A DNA stretch of 59,365 bases, filler included, from Sphacelaria rigidula (taxonomy: Eukaryota): the NCBI GenBank assembly GCA_964200075.2. It is 9 parts of 9 records of this genome, joined end to end, with 100 filler letters (N's around TTAATTAATTAA, not from the genome) between each part and the next. Parts side by side here need not be neighbours in the genome. Positions count along the whole stretch, not along the records: positions 33,038 to 39,544 come from CAXNAA020019664.1; positions 39,645 to 46,151 come from CAXNAA020019665.1; positions 46,252 to 52,758 come from CAXNAA020019666.1; 6 more parts are not named here. One strand, written 5' to 3'. Under the pieces are notes generated by a model, which had not been told where the DNA came from, made no database searches, and saw only the letters and a program-made list of their open reading frames with translations. Position numbers and translations under genes: made by a program. Below, piece after piece: positions 38,390-51,115 of the stretch. The first letter of the stretch is position 1. Every line of letters begins with the position of its first letter.

Positions 38390-38775
38390 TCGAGCATCCA
38401 AGTAATTTCCTTAGCTGCTGTCATCTGTACTGTTCCCAACTTCTTCACCATCTTCATTGCACCCAAGTATTCTCTTAGCTGCTGCCATCCGTACTGTTTA
38501 CGATTTCTTCATGAAGATCACCCCTTGCTTTGCTGTGCCTATTACCAATATCAGGTCATCAATGAATACCTCGAGTAGAGAGGGTGATAACGTACATCCT
38601 GGGGCAACTCCTTGCAAAATATAAAAATATTTCGGTGTTTCCCTGTCTAGCATCATCGCACATTTGGCACATTTCTGTCATCTTCACCATCGTCTACACC
38701 TTTCGTTTGATCCCAGTTTCCTATATATTTTCCCACAGCCCATTGCTTCATACTGCGTCATGAGCCTTTTGCACA
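38390..38775 (-). pseudogene. Decayed non-LTR retrotransposon (LINE) reverse transcriptase fragment
   Basis: Minus strand reads VQKAHDAV*SNGLWENI*ETGIKRKV*TMVKMT / CAKCAMMLDRETPKYFYILQGVAPGCTLSPSLLEVFIDDLILVIGTAKQGV. These are the KAYD and QG-x-x-LSP-x-LF RT motifs, with stops, a frameshift and an internal deletion that jumps to the TVQMTAAK..LGCS segment. Confidence 0.85.
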
Positions 38776-39544
38776 ATCATCACCCCCACAGTTTCTACCC
38801 TGCCATCGTACTCGAAGCACCCCGCTCCCCCACGTAGTGATGCCTTGAAGCCTGGAAAGGCTATAGCAGTGCCCAGCTGAAGCGCCAAGTGTATTATTAT
38901 GGGAATCGCTTCGGCGAGTACGATACGAAGATGAAGACTGGAAAGAGCTATCTCACCGGGAACTCGAGCGCCCTAAGCTGGAACGGAGGAGCCACGGATA
39001 GACTGCAGCCATCGATGTTCACGAATAAGTGTTGTGTGATGTGGTATATGATATCATCGCGAGAGGAATGCGGTGATGAAATAAATCAATAAGTAGCTCT
39101 ATATCACTGGTACCGTACGTTTCAGTCATGAATTTCGAGTGTTCCTGTCTTATCCCTTCTTGTCGCTTTGTTAGATATTGCTCCCCAGTTGGTAACATAC
39201 GGGTACATGTGTGAGCCAAGGCGCGTGGGCTCTGTCAGTAGTTACAGAAGAGCACCCCTTTAATGCTGCACTCCTGTAACTATTGATCAGTTCGTCGAAA
39301 GGTTGTTTTCAGCGAGGTTCAAGCCCCGCACTACCCCAGAACCCAGTGTAACTGATCCGGGGTGTCGACGCGCGATCAAGCTAACTAGCCAATCGTTCTC
39401 CACTCTAACTGAGATCCCGGGAAAACGACAGCAACCAACAGCCGATCCTAATTTTTGGGGTTGAACTAAAATATAACAACAAATTGTGAGAATTGAGGTT
39501 TAACTTCGAGATGAGGCTCAAGCCCAAAACAGTGCTTTCCCCAC

Positions 39545-39644
39545 NNNNNNNNNNNNNNNNNNNNNNNNNNNNNNNNNNNNNNNNNNNNTTAATTAATTAA
39601 NNNNNNNNNNNNNNNNNNNNNNNNNNNNNNNNNNNNNNNNNNNN
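39545..39644. other. Artificial contig linker
   Basis: N44-TTAATTAATTAA-N44. Confidence 0.98.
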
Positions 39645-39849
39645 CGCCGCACAACATGATGTAGCTCGACTACCATGATGGTTACCGCAAATAAAAACGC
39701 AAGCGCGCAAACAAAATCGGTGACCTGGTTGCTTAGCTTCCGCCGTGAGTGGCGTATTTTATAGCGTCATCGCCAGTCGACGCCAACCCCATCGGACATC
39801 CGCCCCTACGAAGCCGAGACGGAGCACGCCAGGTTCTCCCCGGACGAGG
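39645..39849 (+). mobile_element. Family B repeat, partial
   Basis: Matches the 3' part of 25816-26190 and the reverse of 44923-45130. Followed by a G-tract. Confidence 0.7.
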
Positions 39850-39945
39850 TGAGGAGAGGGGAAGGGGGGGGGGGTACCTCTTCTCTTCGTTCTCTCCTAT
39901 TTTTCCCCTCCCTCGTACAAGCTGGGCCGCCGAAGATTAAAACAG

Positions 39946-41473
39946 GAATGTTGACATGCGAGTCTTGACCTCAATTTTGGATCGTTTTCGATTAAAGTTT
40001 CATACGATCTACAGAACATACATGCGAAGATCCCGACCCCCCTCCCCCTGTAATTTTTCTTCTTCGTGAGTTATTGGCGATTTAGTTCCGAAAAAAACTG
40101 TTCTGAAATGTTCCGTCGCCGATAACTCACGAAGAAAACAAAAGAAAACACTGGGGGGGGGGGGGGGGTTCGGGATCTTTGCATGTATGTTTTGTACATC
40201 GTGTGAAACTTTAATCGAAAACGACCCAAAATTGAGGTCAAGACTCGCATGTCAACATTCATGTGTAAACACCCCTTCGTTTCTCCCGTTTCTTTTTATT
40301 GTGAGTTATTGGCGATGTAACATTTCAGAACAATTTTCCGGAACTGATTTATCAATAACTCACGAAGAAGAGAATAAAAACGTAGGAGGAAAGGTTCGGC
40401 ATTCGCACATACGTCCTGCACATCGTATCAAAGTTTCATCGGAAACAGCTCGAAATTGAACAGCACAAACGCGTTTGAATGACTCGGAACTGGTCCACCT
40501 CCATATACTTAAGTATCCGGTTGTGAACGGAATGACGCGTATTCTTCGCTTAATTTTGGATCGTTTTCAATTAAATTTTTGACACGATGTACAAGACGTA
40601 CATGCGAAGACCCTGAAAATTCCCCCTGTGTTTTCTTTTGTTTTCTTCGTGAGTTATCGGCGACGGAACATGAATGGTTCATTTCAGAACATTTTTCCGG
40701 AAATAATTCATCAATAACTCACGAAGAAGAGAATAAAAAAAACGTAGAAGGAAAGGTTCGGTATTCGCACATACGTTCTGCACATCGTACCAAAATTCCA
40801 TCGAAAGCAGCTCGAAATTGAACAGCACAAGTGCGTTTGAATTACTCGTAACTGGTCCACCTCCATAGTATACTGTAGTATCCGCGTGTGAACGGAATGA
40901 CGCATATTCGTCGCTTAATTTTGGATCGTTTTCAATGAAATTTTGACACGGTGTACAAAACGTACATGCAAAGACCCCGAAAATCCCTCCGTGTTTTTTT
41001 CTCTTCTTCGTGAGTTATTGGCGATTTACTTCCGAAAACAACTGTTCTGAAATGTTCCGTCGCCGATAACTCATTGACAAGAAGAAAACAAAAGAAAACA
41101 CAGGGGGAATTTTCGGGGCGTTTGCATGTACGTCTTGTACATTGTGTGGGAATTTCATTGAAAACGATCCAAAATTAAGCGAAGAATACGCGTCATTCCG
41201 TTCACGGCCGGATACTTAGGTATATGGAGGTGGACCAGTTACGAGTAATTCAAATGCATTTGTGCTTTTCAATTTCGAGCTGTTATCGATGAAACTTTGA
41301 TACGATGTGCAGGATGTATGTGCGAATACCGAACCTTTCCGTCTATGTTTTTTCTATTCTCTTCTTCGTGAGTTATTGATGAATTATTTCCGGAAAACTG
41401 TTCTGAAATGTTCCATCGCCAATAACTCACGGAAAAAATGAAAAACGTGAGAAACGAAGGGGTGTTTGCACAT
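39946..41473. repeat. Two abutting foldbacks built from shared modules (39946-40260 and 40261-41473)
   Basis: GAATGTTGACATGCGAGTCTTGACCTCAATTTTGG pairs with CCAAAATTGAGGTCAAGACTCGCATGTCAACATTC. ATGTGTAAACACCCCTTCGTTTCTC (40261) pairs with GAGAAACGAAGGGGTGTTTGCACAT (ends 41473). A ~360-bp unit is present twice forward and once reversed. Confidence 0.85.
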
Positions 41474-42095
41474 ACGGCCTGTATTTCATGTCAAAATTTA
41501 ATCGAAAACGACTGAACATGGAGCTCGGGAACTTTGCTACAGCTTGTGCGGCACCACGTGGCACAAAACTGGCTGTGACAGAAAATCCAACCTTCGCCGT
41601 TTTCTTTTGGCTAATTCCGCCGCACATAGTACCCTCAACTCTGTACACTTTTGCACTTGACTACAGTTTGGTATTTCGTTTGATGAGGCCTTGTCGGATT
41701 GCAGTGCTAAATGGATTTTAAATCGCGCGCTGATTTGCCGATCACCGCGATGTGCCATAGTAGGCACAGCTCGCGGCACATCGTCAGTTAGAACGGGCTG
41801 AAGGGAAGTGAGCTCCTTAGGCGGCCTAGCCTGTAGGCCTATCATTATTGACACTGTTTTTTCGGAGATCGTTGAAATAGTCGGGACTGGCAAGGTACCC
41901 GATGATTCTGGAATGCTTGCGAGCGCCGCGGCGTGTTCACCGGGCAGCTCTCCGAAGTACAGCGTTGCAGTCAGAGCTTTCCGGACTTCTCCGAAAATGA
42001 AGCTTCGGAGAAAAAATCAAGCCGTTTTGTTCTGGGAGAAATCTGAACGCAGAGTCCGAGAACTCTGAAAAATTCTGAGATCTCTGGGGGAAAAA

Positions 42096-44213
42096 GGGGG
42101 CAATCTACAGAAAAAGGGTACGCACTGGTACTTTTGGAACAAAAAAAGGGTAACGCATTTTTCGCTTTGGGGCGCGGCGCTGCACGCAGGCTGTACCTTG
42201 AAAACACGTTCCAGCGCCTCAGCCCGACGCCCAAGGTGTCTGGGCAGGATACCCGTCCATTTTTTTTCATGTTCACAAGTGTTACGGGGCTGAACCACGG
42301 CGCCGAAAATGAGAGCCTGTGAGAGTACCCTTTTTTGTAAGTAAAACAGGAGGGTCCACCCTGCCCTCTGCTAAAAATTTGTATTATACCCTTTTTTGCT
42401 CTACTGCTAACTTTTTTTTGTGACGTGGTGACCGTGCCGCCGTCTCAGCACAAGATACGCCGAGCAGTCACAACCATAGCCATTTTCGGTATAAATCACA
42501 ACCCACGAAAAAAGGTCGAAACCCAACGAACAGAGGAATGTACTGTATCACCCCTGCTGGTTGGCCCGAAGACCCGGAATATTCAATAATGCATTCAGAT
42601 CGCTTGTATGCCAGAGCTCACAAAGATCTAACAAACATGGGTGAACATCTTGCCGACATACCAGCCCGAACGGCATCATGCGACGAAAACATCAGACCGT
42701 TGCCGGATTTTCAATTTGCGGCTTGGAAACGGAGATGGACACCGACCGAATTCCGGATTGGAGGAAGAACGCCTGAATCCAACGGCGTAGACTATACAAT
42801 CGGGTGTCTTACGCTGATCGTAGCCGTTGAACCCATGTCCCTTCCAGACCAGCGCTCGCGACCCACGGACCACAACCCAAGTAACACGTACATAAAACTG
42901 AGTGATTATTCACAGCAGCAAAGGTCAACACGCTACACCGCCGCGGAACAATGGTGATACCCCCCACAAATGGTGCTATGCTACAAGGCGTCGCCGATCA
43001 TTCACCAAACAGCAAATTTTTCACCTTGGCCCATCCCCACAGAAAAGGAGATTCATGGGCTCCGAGTGATGATACATTATGGAAGCGTCCTAGACGAGGA
43101 ACAGAATGAAGTCGGGTGGTGGAAAAAAGTGATCGCACGCTGTGCCGCATCGTGTGCACACTCAAACGTCGACTACATCGTCGTTCATGTATCGCGTATT
43201 TTCGAACACGGTTCACGCTGCGCGCATTCTACATGCAGTTATGCAGGACCAAGTCTAGTGAATGTACCATAGGTACAAGTTTGACTCTTACAACACAGAC
43301 GCCCTTCACATAGGGTCAGATGAGCAATGCCACATCTGGGTTTCAGGACAGCCGTTTTATCACAGTACTAAACGCCTTTTTGTTAAACTATGTGGATATA
43401 TTGAGCGGTGCGCCGGTCTCACATGCAGGTTTGGGTATCCCGAGTGGTGGTCTCGTGGGTGAAACGGCAACGATCAGATGAAGACACTCGATTGTCAGTC
43501 TACGCTGTTGGGTTCAGGCGTTCTTCCTCCAATCCGGAATCCGGGCGGTGTAAGTCTCTGTGTCCGAGCTGCAAATTGCAGATCCGGCAACTGTCTGATG
43601 TTTTCGCCGCATGATGCCGTTCGGGCTAGTAGTGTGTCGGCAACATGTTCACCCATGTTCGTCAGATATTTGTGAGATCCGCCATACAAGCGATCTGTAC
43701 GCATCGTTGGATCTTCCTGGTCTTCAGGCCAACCAGCAGGGGTGCTACACTCTTCTGGTGGTTGGCGTTCGGCTTTTTTTGACGGGGTGTGATTTTTACC
43801 GAAAATGGATATGGTTGTGACTGCTCGGCGTATCTTGTGCTGGGACGGCGGTACGGTCACCACTCCACGGAAAAGGGTCACCACGTCACAAAAAAAGTCA
43901 ACAGTAAAGCAAAAAAGAGTAAAATATAGTTTTTTATCCGAGGGCAGGGTGTACCCTCCTGTTTTACTTACAAAAAAGGGTACTCTCACAGGCTCTCATT
44001 TTCGGCGCCCTAGTTTAGCCCAGTAACACTTGTGAAAATAAAAAACATGGACGGCTATGCTGCCCAGACACCTTGGGCGTGAGGTTGAGGCGCTGGAATG
44101 CGTTTTCGAAGTGTGTAGCCCGCGTGCAGCGTTGTGCCACAAAGCAAAAAATGCGTTACTTTTTTTTTGTTTCAAAGTACCAGGGTGTACCCTTTTCTTA
44201 GATATTGCCCCCC
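42096..44213. mobile_element. ~2.1-kb foldback element with ~700-bp terminal inverted repeats
   Basis: Termini GGGGGCAATCTACAGAAAAAGGGTAC / GTACCCTTTTCTTAGATATTGCCCCC. 42096-~42820 mirrors ~43470-44213; the ORF track gives similar translations on opposite strands (TPAGWPED..., RTASC.ENIR.LPD.QFAA). No transposase motif seen. Confidence 0.8.
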
Positions 44214-44922
44214 AAATAGGTGCCGACAATAATGGGCCTTAGTCCTCTTATTTTACCTTTCGTTTCGCTCTCTGAGGCTGCTTTTGTTTTGTTCTTCGCT
44301 CCTGTAGAGCTTGCGGGTGAGGGTTCCCAGCCGAATGTTTCGATTTGAAGATGACTGAGTCATGCCTTTCTCCTACGGCATCCTGCTTTGTATGAGCTTC
44401 TTACCTGAACCCCAAGCAAAGCCTTGTCGATATTTTCGCGGGATGGGGTAAGCATCATACCCTCGTGTTCTCCATGCTCTTTTTCTCTCCTGCTCTGTTT
44501 TTTTCACGTCTTTTCTTCTGTCATTCCCCAGTTTTCTCCATTCGTTCTCTCCTATTTGTTATGTGCCTTCTAACTTTCTCGAAATATTCCAGCGAGGGAT
44601 TCCGTTTATATACGATGTGTACGCCCATTTTGGGATCACGATTGAATTTATGGCGCACCAGTTCGTCGACGACATTAATCGAATCGACTGAATCAATCGA
44701 GCCAATCGATGTGAGCGAAATATCGCTTTTGCTCAAATCCAACAACACTGTCCAAGGCAACATCTTTGCGAAACATCATACACGGTACACCTCACCGCGT
44801 AGTGCACACGCGTCATAATACGGGACATTTTATTGATATTTTTTCTCACAGCTACAACCCGCCACCCATTTCTCGGAGCGAGCGCTCGGTCTCAAGGAAT
44901 CAACCCCTCCCTCCCCCGGTAA

Positions 44923-45470
44923 AGCCTGGTCCGGCGAGAACCCGGCGTGCTCCGTCCCGGCTTTGTAGAGGCGGACTCCCATGGGGTTGGTGCCGGTCGG
45001 CGATGACGCTAGTAAACACGCCACTCACTGCGGAAGCTAGGCAACCGGGTTACCGATTCTGTTTTGCGCGCTTGCGTTTTGTTTTGCGGTACCTATCGTG
45101 GTAATCGAGCTAGATCATGTTGTGTGGCGTTGGAGAGCCTCAACTCCGCACAATGGGGATGATCGTACCACGTAGTGTTGGAACACCCGTGAGGTAGTGC
45201 AGAAGCCACGGCTGTCTCTGGAAGTGGCGATACCGGAAAATGAAGCAATTCGTTGTAGGCTGTTATCCTAGTGCAAGATAATCAGTAGTCTTCTGGCCGA
45301 ACAATCGTAGCAGGATGCGGCTCACCCTTCATGCGATCCATCGAACACACCACGGCAATTCGCGCTTGGTGATTGAATGCGAGCCTGGTCCGGTGAAAAC
45401 CCGGCGTGCTCCGTCCCGGCTTTGCAGGGATGCGAGGTCAATGGTCTACGTGTATGGCATGCATGATCAT
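44923..45470 (-). mobile_element. Family B repeat bracketed by ~46-bp direct repeats
   Basis: AGCCTGGTCCGG(C/T)GA(G/A)AACCCGGCGTGCTCCGTCCCGGCTTTG at 44923 and 45382. 45411-45470 also matches 26431-26490. Confidence 0.65.
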
Positions 45471-46151
45471 AAGTACCCCCCCCCCCGGTACACGCCCTTT
45501 AAATATTGGTGTCGGGGTTTGGATCATGACCCACACTCTCGCACCGCCTCGACTCTCGCCAAAACAATGTACCACTCCCTCACATCCTAACCTTTCTGAC
45601 GACGGCAACCCGATCCTTCTCGGGGGATAAAAAAGAACGGAACATGTATGCCGGGAAGCGAACGCGTGTTCTTCCGACCCTATCGGCTGCATTCTTTGTT
45701 CCCATCACGTAGATCACCGGGATGTGGCGCCAAAACTACATGCAACTTAAAAAATGCATGGTGGAACCACCGTACACACCTCAGCTCTTCCGAATAGTCG
45801 GCATCAGTTCCGCCCTTGCTGCAGAAGGATGTCAGCTCAGCTGTCGGCTCAGTATCGGCTTCCACCACCCTCCACCCACCTACGAAACAACAAGGGGATG
45901 AGCACGGAAAAAGGTTATTTTGCAACCTATGATATCTACAAGGATACTGCGAATCATATCTCTACCGCTAAGGCCGTCCGTCCCACTCTTCACCGACGGT
46001 ACCATCGCTTCAAGCCCCAATATGAACAATCCACGACGCAGCAGGAGAATCCAACGTCGGGTCCGCTAAAGCTGAATCCCTACAAGAACAGGGAAGTGTC
46101 CTACCGTCGATGCCAGTACTAGGTACAACCCCGCCTTTTTACTTTGTCGCG

Positions 46152-46251
46152 NNNNNNNNNNNNNNNNNNNNNNNNNNNNNNNNNNNNNNNNNNNNTTAAT
46201 TAATTAANNNNNNNNNNNNNNNNNNNNNNNNNNNNNNNNNNNNNNNNNNNN
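46152..46251. other. Artificial contig linker
   Basis: N44-TTAATTAATTAA-N44. Confidence 0.98.
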
Positions 46252-46329
46252 TGGGGGTCAAAAGGTGGGTCAAACATCATAAAAGTGAACAATCCGTGGG
46301 TAAAAAATCTGTTGCCATAACATCCGGCC
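46252..46329. mobile_element. Terminal fragment of the Harbinger-like MITE family seen at 17431
   Basis: ...AAAAGTGAACAATCCGTGGGTAAAAAATCTGTTGCCATAACATCCGGCC|TTA. Confidence 0.75.
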
Positions 46330-47129
46330 TTACACGTTATCTCATTGACGGGCAACAGTGATTTCTCCATTTTTTCTTCATACATCTGTCGATGCTGTCA
46401 TATCCCTTCATAGGTAGTTCTTGATTCTGCAGGATCAGTGTCTTCTGCGTCGATGAGATTCTTTATTTTCGGTCGAGTTTTGTCCATGTTCGAAGATTGA
46501 AATGAGTTCATTTTGGGCAGATATGTGAGACGCGGAGGATGGGTGGAGAATGACGGCTATTCTTTAGTTCTGTACGATCAGTGTCTTCTGCCTCGTTTCG
46601 ATTCTTGATTCTCGTTGAGGGTTTGTCGTTTTTTGAAGATTGAATGCGTTCATTTCGCTTGGGTTTCTCGGACGGAGAATGGGTGGAGCTTCACGGTTAT
46701 CTTTTTAGTTGTGCCGGACCAGTGTCTTCTGCCTCCTTCCGGCTCTGATTTGGCCAGGTTTAATCGTCGTCGACGATGTTTGAAAGTCCAAAGAGGCAAA
46801 AAGAAGAGAACGAGTTATCTATGGATCTTATCTTCGCCTCTAAGCACTCCTGAATGGGGGCGATGGCTGATGTCGGTTGCAACACTTCAAATCATCCTTT
46901 GCCTTGGGTAACGCTTCATTGAGCGGGGGCGCGAAGCACCAAAAATCTTCTATCAATTAATTCATTTAACTTTTTCGCCGTTGAAGAGCCTTGGACGCAG
47001 GTGCACTTTTTTCATTTTTTTCACTTGATTTTAGACTACATTTTTTCGCGCCCATTTCATTCTCCCAGAAGCTCTGAGAAGCCAGTATGGCCTCTTACTT
47101 GATTTTAGAGTACAGCAAAAGTACAGCGA

Positions 47130-49253
47130 AACGGGATCATCGTTCTCTGAACCTCTGATACGTTTTCCGCTTCCATTTCGCTAGACAGTTCGCTTCAGGT
47201 CGATTCGGGAGCATCGCTTCTATCACTTTCCCGGCAGTGTTCTGCATGGTGTTTTCATGCATTTCGTTCCGCCGTTTTTCCCTCGCCGTCAAAGTAGACC
47301 CTTCCTTCGTCCACCCTTCATTCTTCCACCTCACACCGCACACAGGCCTTCCAATCGCTCCGCCGTTTTTGGTCAGACTACCAGAAAGTTCACAGAAGCT
47401 CTGAGAACCGAGCATTTCCCCGTACTATAGTGAGTCGCGAAGTTTTCCGGTGTACAGAACAGAACCCAGAACAGAACGTCTCTGCTATCATGAATCGTGG
47501 ACTTAGCCACCGTCTCTGCCCACTTCTCTCAACCTCTTACAAGCATTACTTGATTTTAAAGTACACGTTTTCCGCTCCCATTCCGCTAGACATTTCGCTT
47601 CAGGAGATTTTAGAAGCATCGCTTTCCCGGCAGTGTTTTGCATGGTATTTTCATCCATTTCATATCGATAAGCGTTCCGCCGTTTTTTCCACCGCACACA
47701 GGCTTTTCAATCGCTCCGCCGTTTTGTACGTTTCCTCTCGGAATCGTTGCCAGAAGCTCTGAGACAGGGGTACTTTTTTTCACTTGCTCTTAGATGACGG
47801 CGAGCATGAGTCGCGAACTGCCCCAGTGTACAGAAGAGAACGTCTGTGATATCATAGCACGCAATCATCACCGGCGAAGTTTCCGATGCCACTTTTACTA
47901 TCATTACCGATTCGCGCGCAAACCATCGTCGTCTCTTCTTGATCCTTTGTTTTCCGTGCTGTAGCAGCCGCAACGTTTCCGATACCATTTTCCACCATTC
48001 TCTCGAACACATCCGCTTGCTGTGTTTTTGTCGAAACACTTTTCATCATGAGCCGCAGAGTTCGGGTCGTTTCTCAACTTGAAAGCATTTTTTACACTGC
48101 TTTCCACGGTCCCTACTGTTGGTTGTTCGTCGATTGTGTACATTACATGTTGTGTTTCTCAAATATATATCAATCACGTTGCGGGTATTACCTGCGTTTT
48201 GTGATGTGGCATGGTGTTTTGACGTTGCGATGCGTTCCGTTTGATGGATTTCCTCGCTGGTATGTCGGTGAGCCCTTTGAGCGTCCGTGATGACATGGTA
48301 ATTGTTCCACCGCGACCGTTCATAGTCTGCGGAATCGGCATCAGTTTTACTTGAAAATCCCTGCATTACCAGATGACCTACCCTCGCGGACTAGCTCTAA
48401 GGGAGAACAACGTGCACAGCTGATGAGCAGCCGCTAGACATTTCGGTGCCTTCATGTTTTGCTCTCCGGGCTGTGTTCTACATGGTATTTTGACGTCATG
48501 CGTTCCGTTTGATGGATTTCCTCGCTGATGTATCGGTGGATCGTTTGGGCGTCCGAGATTACATGGTAACTGTTCCACCGCGATCGGGGGTAGTCCGTGG
48601 AATCGGCATCAGTTTTACTTGAAAAATCACTGCATGACCAGATGACCCACCCTCGCGCACTAGGGTTAAGGGAGAACAAACGGCCTCTATTTTTCGCGTT
48701 GGATTCTGAACAGATTTGGGCGACATGGTCACTGTATGACCGCGACCTTTGATAGTCTGTGGAACCGGCATCACTCTTGATTAAACAATCACTGCATGGC
48801 CAGATGACCAACCCTCGACGGAGAACAACGTGCACAGCTGATGAGCAGCTATGGCGTTTCTTCGAAGTACCAAAGCACGCAATTATCACCGGCGAAGTTT
48901 CCGATGCCACTTTTACTATCATTACCGATTCGTGCGCAAATCATCGTCGTCTCTTCTAGATCCTTTGTTTTCCGTGCTGTAGCAGCCGCAACGTTTCCGA
49001 TACCATTTTCCAATATTCTCTCGAACACATCCGCTTGCTGTGTTTTTGTCAAAACACTTTTCATCATGAGCCGCGGAGTTCGGGTCGTTCCTCCACGCAG
49101 GACAGTTTTTATCATGAGCCGCGAAGTTTCCGATGTCACTTTTCATCTTGTCTTTTCCGAACATATCTTTCGGGTCGTTTCTCAACTTGAAACCATTTTT
49201 TACACTGCTTTCCACGGTCCCTACTGTTCGTTGTTCGTCGATTGTGTACATTA
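47130..49253. repeat. Complex tandem duplications (~47130-47420 vs ~47520-47770; 47856-48200 vs 48874-49253; internal ~270-bp subunits at 48205-48850)
   Basis: Near-identical blocks, for example AGCACGCAAT(C/T)ATCACCGGCGAAGTTTCCGATGCCACTTTTACTATCATTACCGATTCG at 47856 and 48874. Duplicated translations appear in the ORF track. Confidence 0.85.
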
Positions 49254-51115
49254 CACACCCTGGACAATATCGGCATCTATTGCAAGAACAATTTAATCTG
49301 TTGCAGTAGATGCCGATATTGTCGTCCGTAATGGCCATCGATCGTCAATTTTATCTTTCCATTGTCGTTGACGATGCCTACCAATAGATCGGTTTCCCCC
49401 ACTGTTGTCTGGGCAGCAGTCTGCTGTGGCTCTACACTGAGATCTATTGCGGCCGACCAAATGCGTCGATCATAGCTTTCCAAATCCATTGATGACGGCA
49501 ATGGCTATCGATAGATCGCGTGCCAAATCTATTGATGACGATGATGGCTATTGACAAATTGTATACCAAATTTATTGATGACGGCGATAGCTATTGATAT
49601 ATTGCGTATAAGTCAATGCACGGCGGTAATGAATATCGATAGAGACATACCATAATCCACTGTGGTATACGATGCCTACCGATATTCTCTGTCGTCTATT
49701 GCCACACCTACATCGCAACATACGACGTGTAAACTATATTAAACTCCGTTAGGGTACGGTAGAGAAGCCGCAGGTGGACATGCAGTGGGTGTATAATGAT
49801 ACTACTTGTGAATATATGACACGACGTCTCTACAATTTCGGAACGCTTGTATTTTGTAATAATCCGCAATGTGTGCGAACAAAAGTTTATAGCTTTTGTT
49901 ATTGGTGTGGTGTTGGTACTTATGGTTGCCCCTCTGATGGACATGAGCGCTTACAGTACTTTTGTGTTTCGGTGAAATGTGCTTATACCCTGGACAATAG
50001 ACTATGTGATGGAACATTGGCGCCACAATAGCCCCGAAAATGTGTCTGTCAATGTTCATTGTCGGTCATAATCGACAGGCATCAAAGTCTATTGATAGCT
50101 ATTGTAGGCAACAATAGATTCACGACAAGGGACAGAATGTACCATTACCGTAACAATGGAGGGGCCAAGTTGTCCATCGATACATTCTATTTGTTGCAAT
50201 AGGCTCTGAATCATGGCCACCGATGTGTATCACCGATCACAATAGGATCTGCCACGCGGCCAGCAATACATATTGTTGGTCACAATACGATATCAATTGA
50301 GCCCACCAATGTCTATTGAGGGTCACAATAGAATCTGAATCTCGACCACCAATGTCTACCGCTGGCCACAATGTAATCTGAATCGCGGCCACTAATATCC
50401 ATTGCTGACCACAAAAGTAGCTGAATGGCGTCGATCACTAGCGCCATGTATGCACATATTTCGCTGTATTTTCCCACCTTATTTCACAGAAGTTATGGCC
50501 AGCTATCGCCTCAGGTCGTTGCGTATTCATGTGTAGGGGGTATTTCCATTGATGTCATGAGACCACTGCAGTGAGCAATCTTTTTTTCAAATCCTATCGT
50601 TGGCGTCACTGGCTATCGGTAGGTGCTCCCGAGAACAATCCATTGTTGACGGCAATGCCCATATTGGTAGATACCAAAGAATGCATTGTTGGCGGCAGAG
50701 GCTACCGATAGACGGCTGACCAAATTTATTGACGGCGGTAATAGGTGTTGACAGATGGCCCACCTAATCTATGAGGACGGCAATGACTATTGATGGATGG
50801 CTCACCAAACCTTTTGATAACGGTAATGACTATCGATGGACATGTCATCAAACATATTGATTACGACAGTGGCTATCGATATATACAACCCAGAATGTGT
50901 TGCGGTACACGATGTCCATCGATGGCGAGTGGTATACATCTATTGTAATTGCCATAGGCTATCGATCGGCTGTTGCAACATCTATTGTCCCTTACAATAC
51001 ATCTCAATAAATGTGTTTCACCATCTATCGTGTTCGATAATATATATCGATAGATTTTTCCCCGTGTCTATTGCTGAAGTAATGAACTATCATTGTGTCC
51101 ATTGTCCAGAGTGTG
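49254..51115. mobile_element. 1862-bp non-autonomous TIR transposon with a perfect 8-bp TSD
   Basis: GTACATTA|CACACCCTGGACAAT ... ATTGTCCAGAGTGTG|GTACATTA. 15-bp TIR with 1 mismatch. Many CTATTG/CAATAG/ATCGAT subterminal motifs. The paralogous empty site has a single GTACATTA at 48138-48145. Confidence 0.9.

Noticed and set aside
39946..41473. Possible CRISPR or ncRNA array from repeated hairpins
   Set aside because: The intervening sequences are themselves repeated and inverted, so they are not unique spacers.
44400..44790. Minus-strand charged ORF-like stretch
   Set aside because: Contains in-frame stops and no identifiable family motif.
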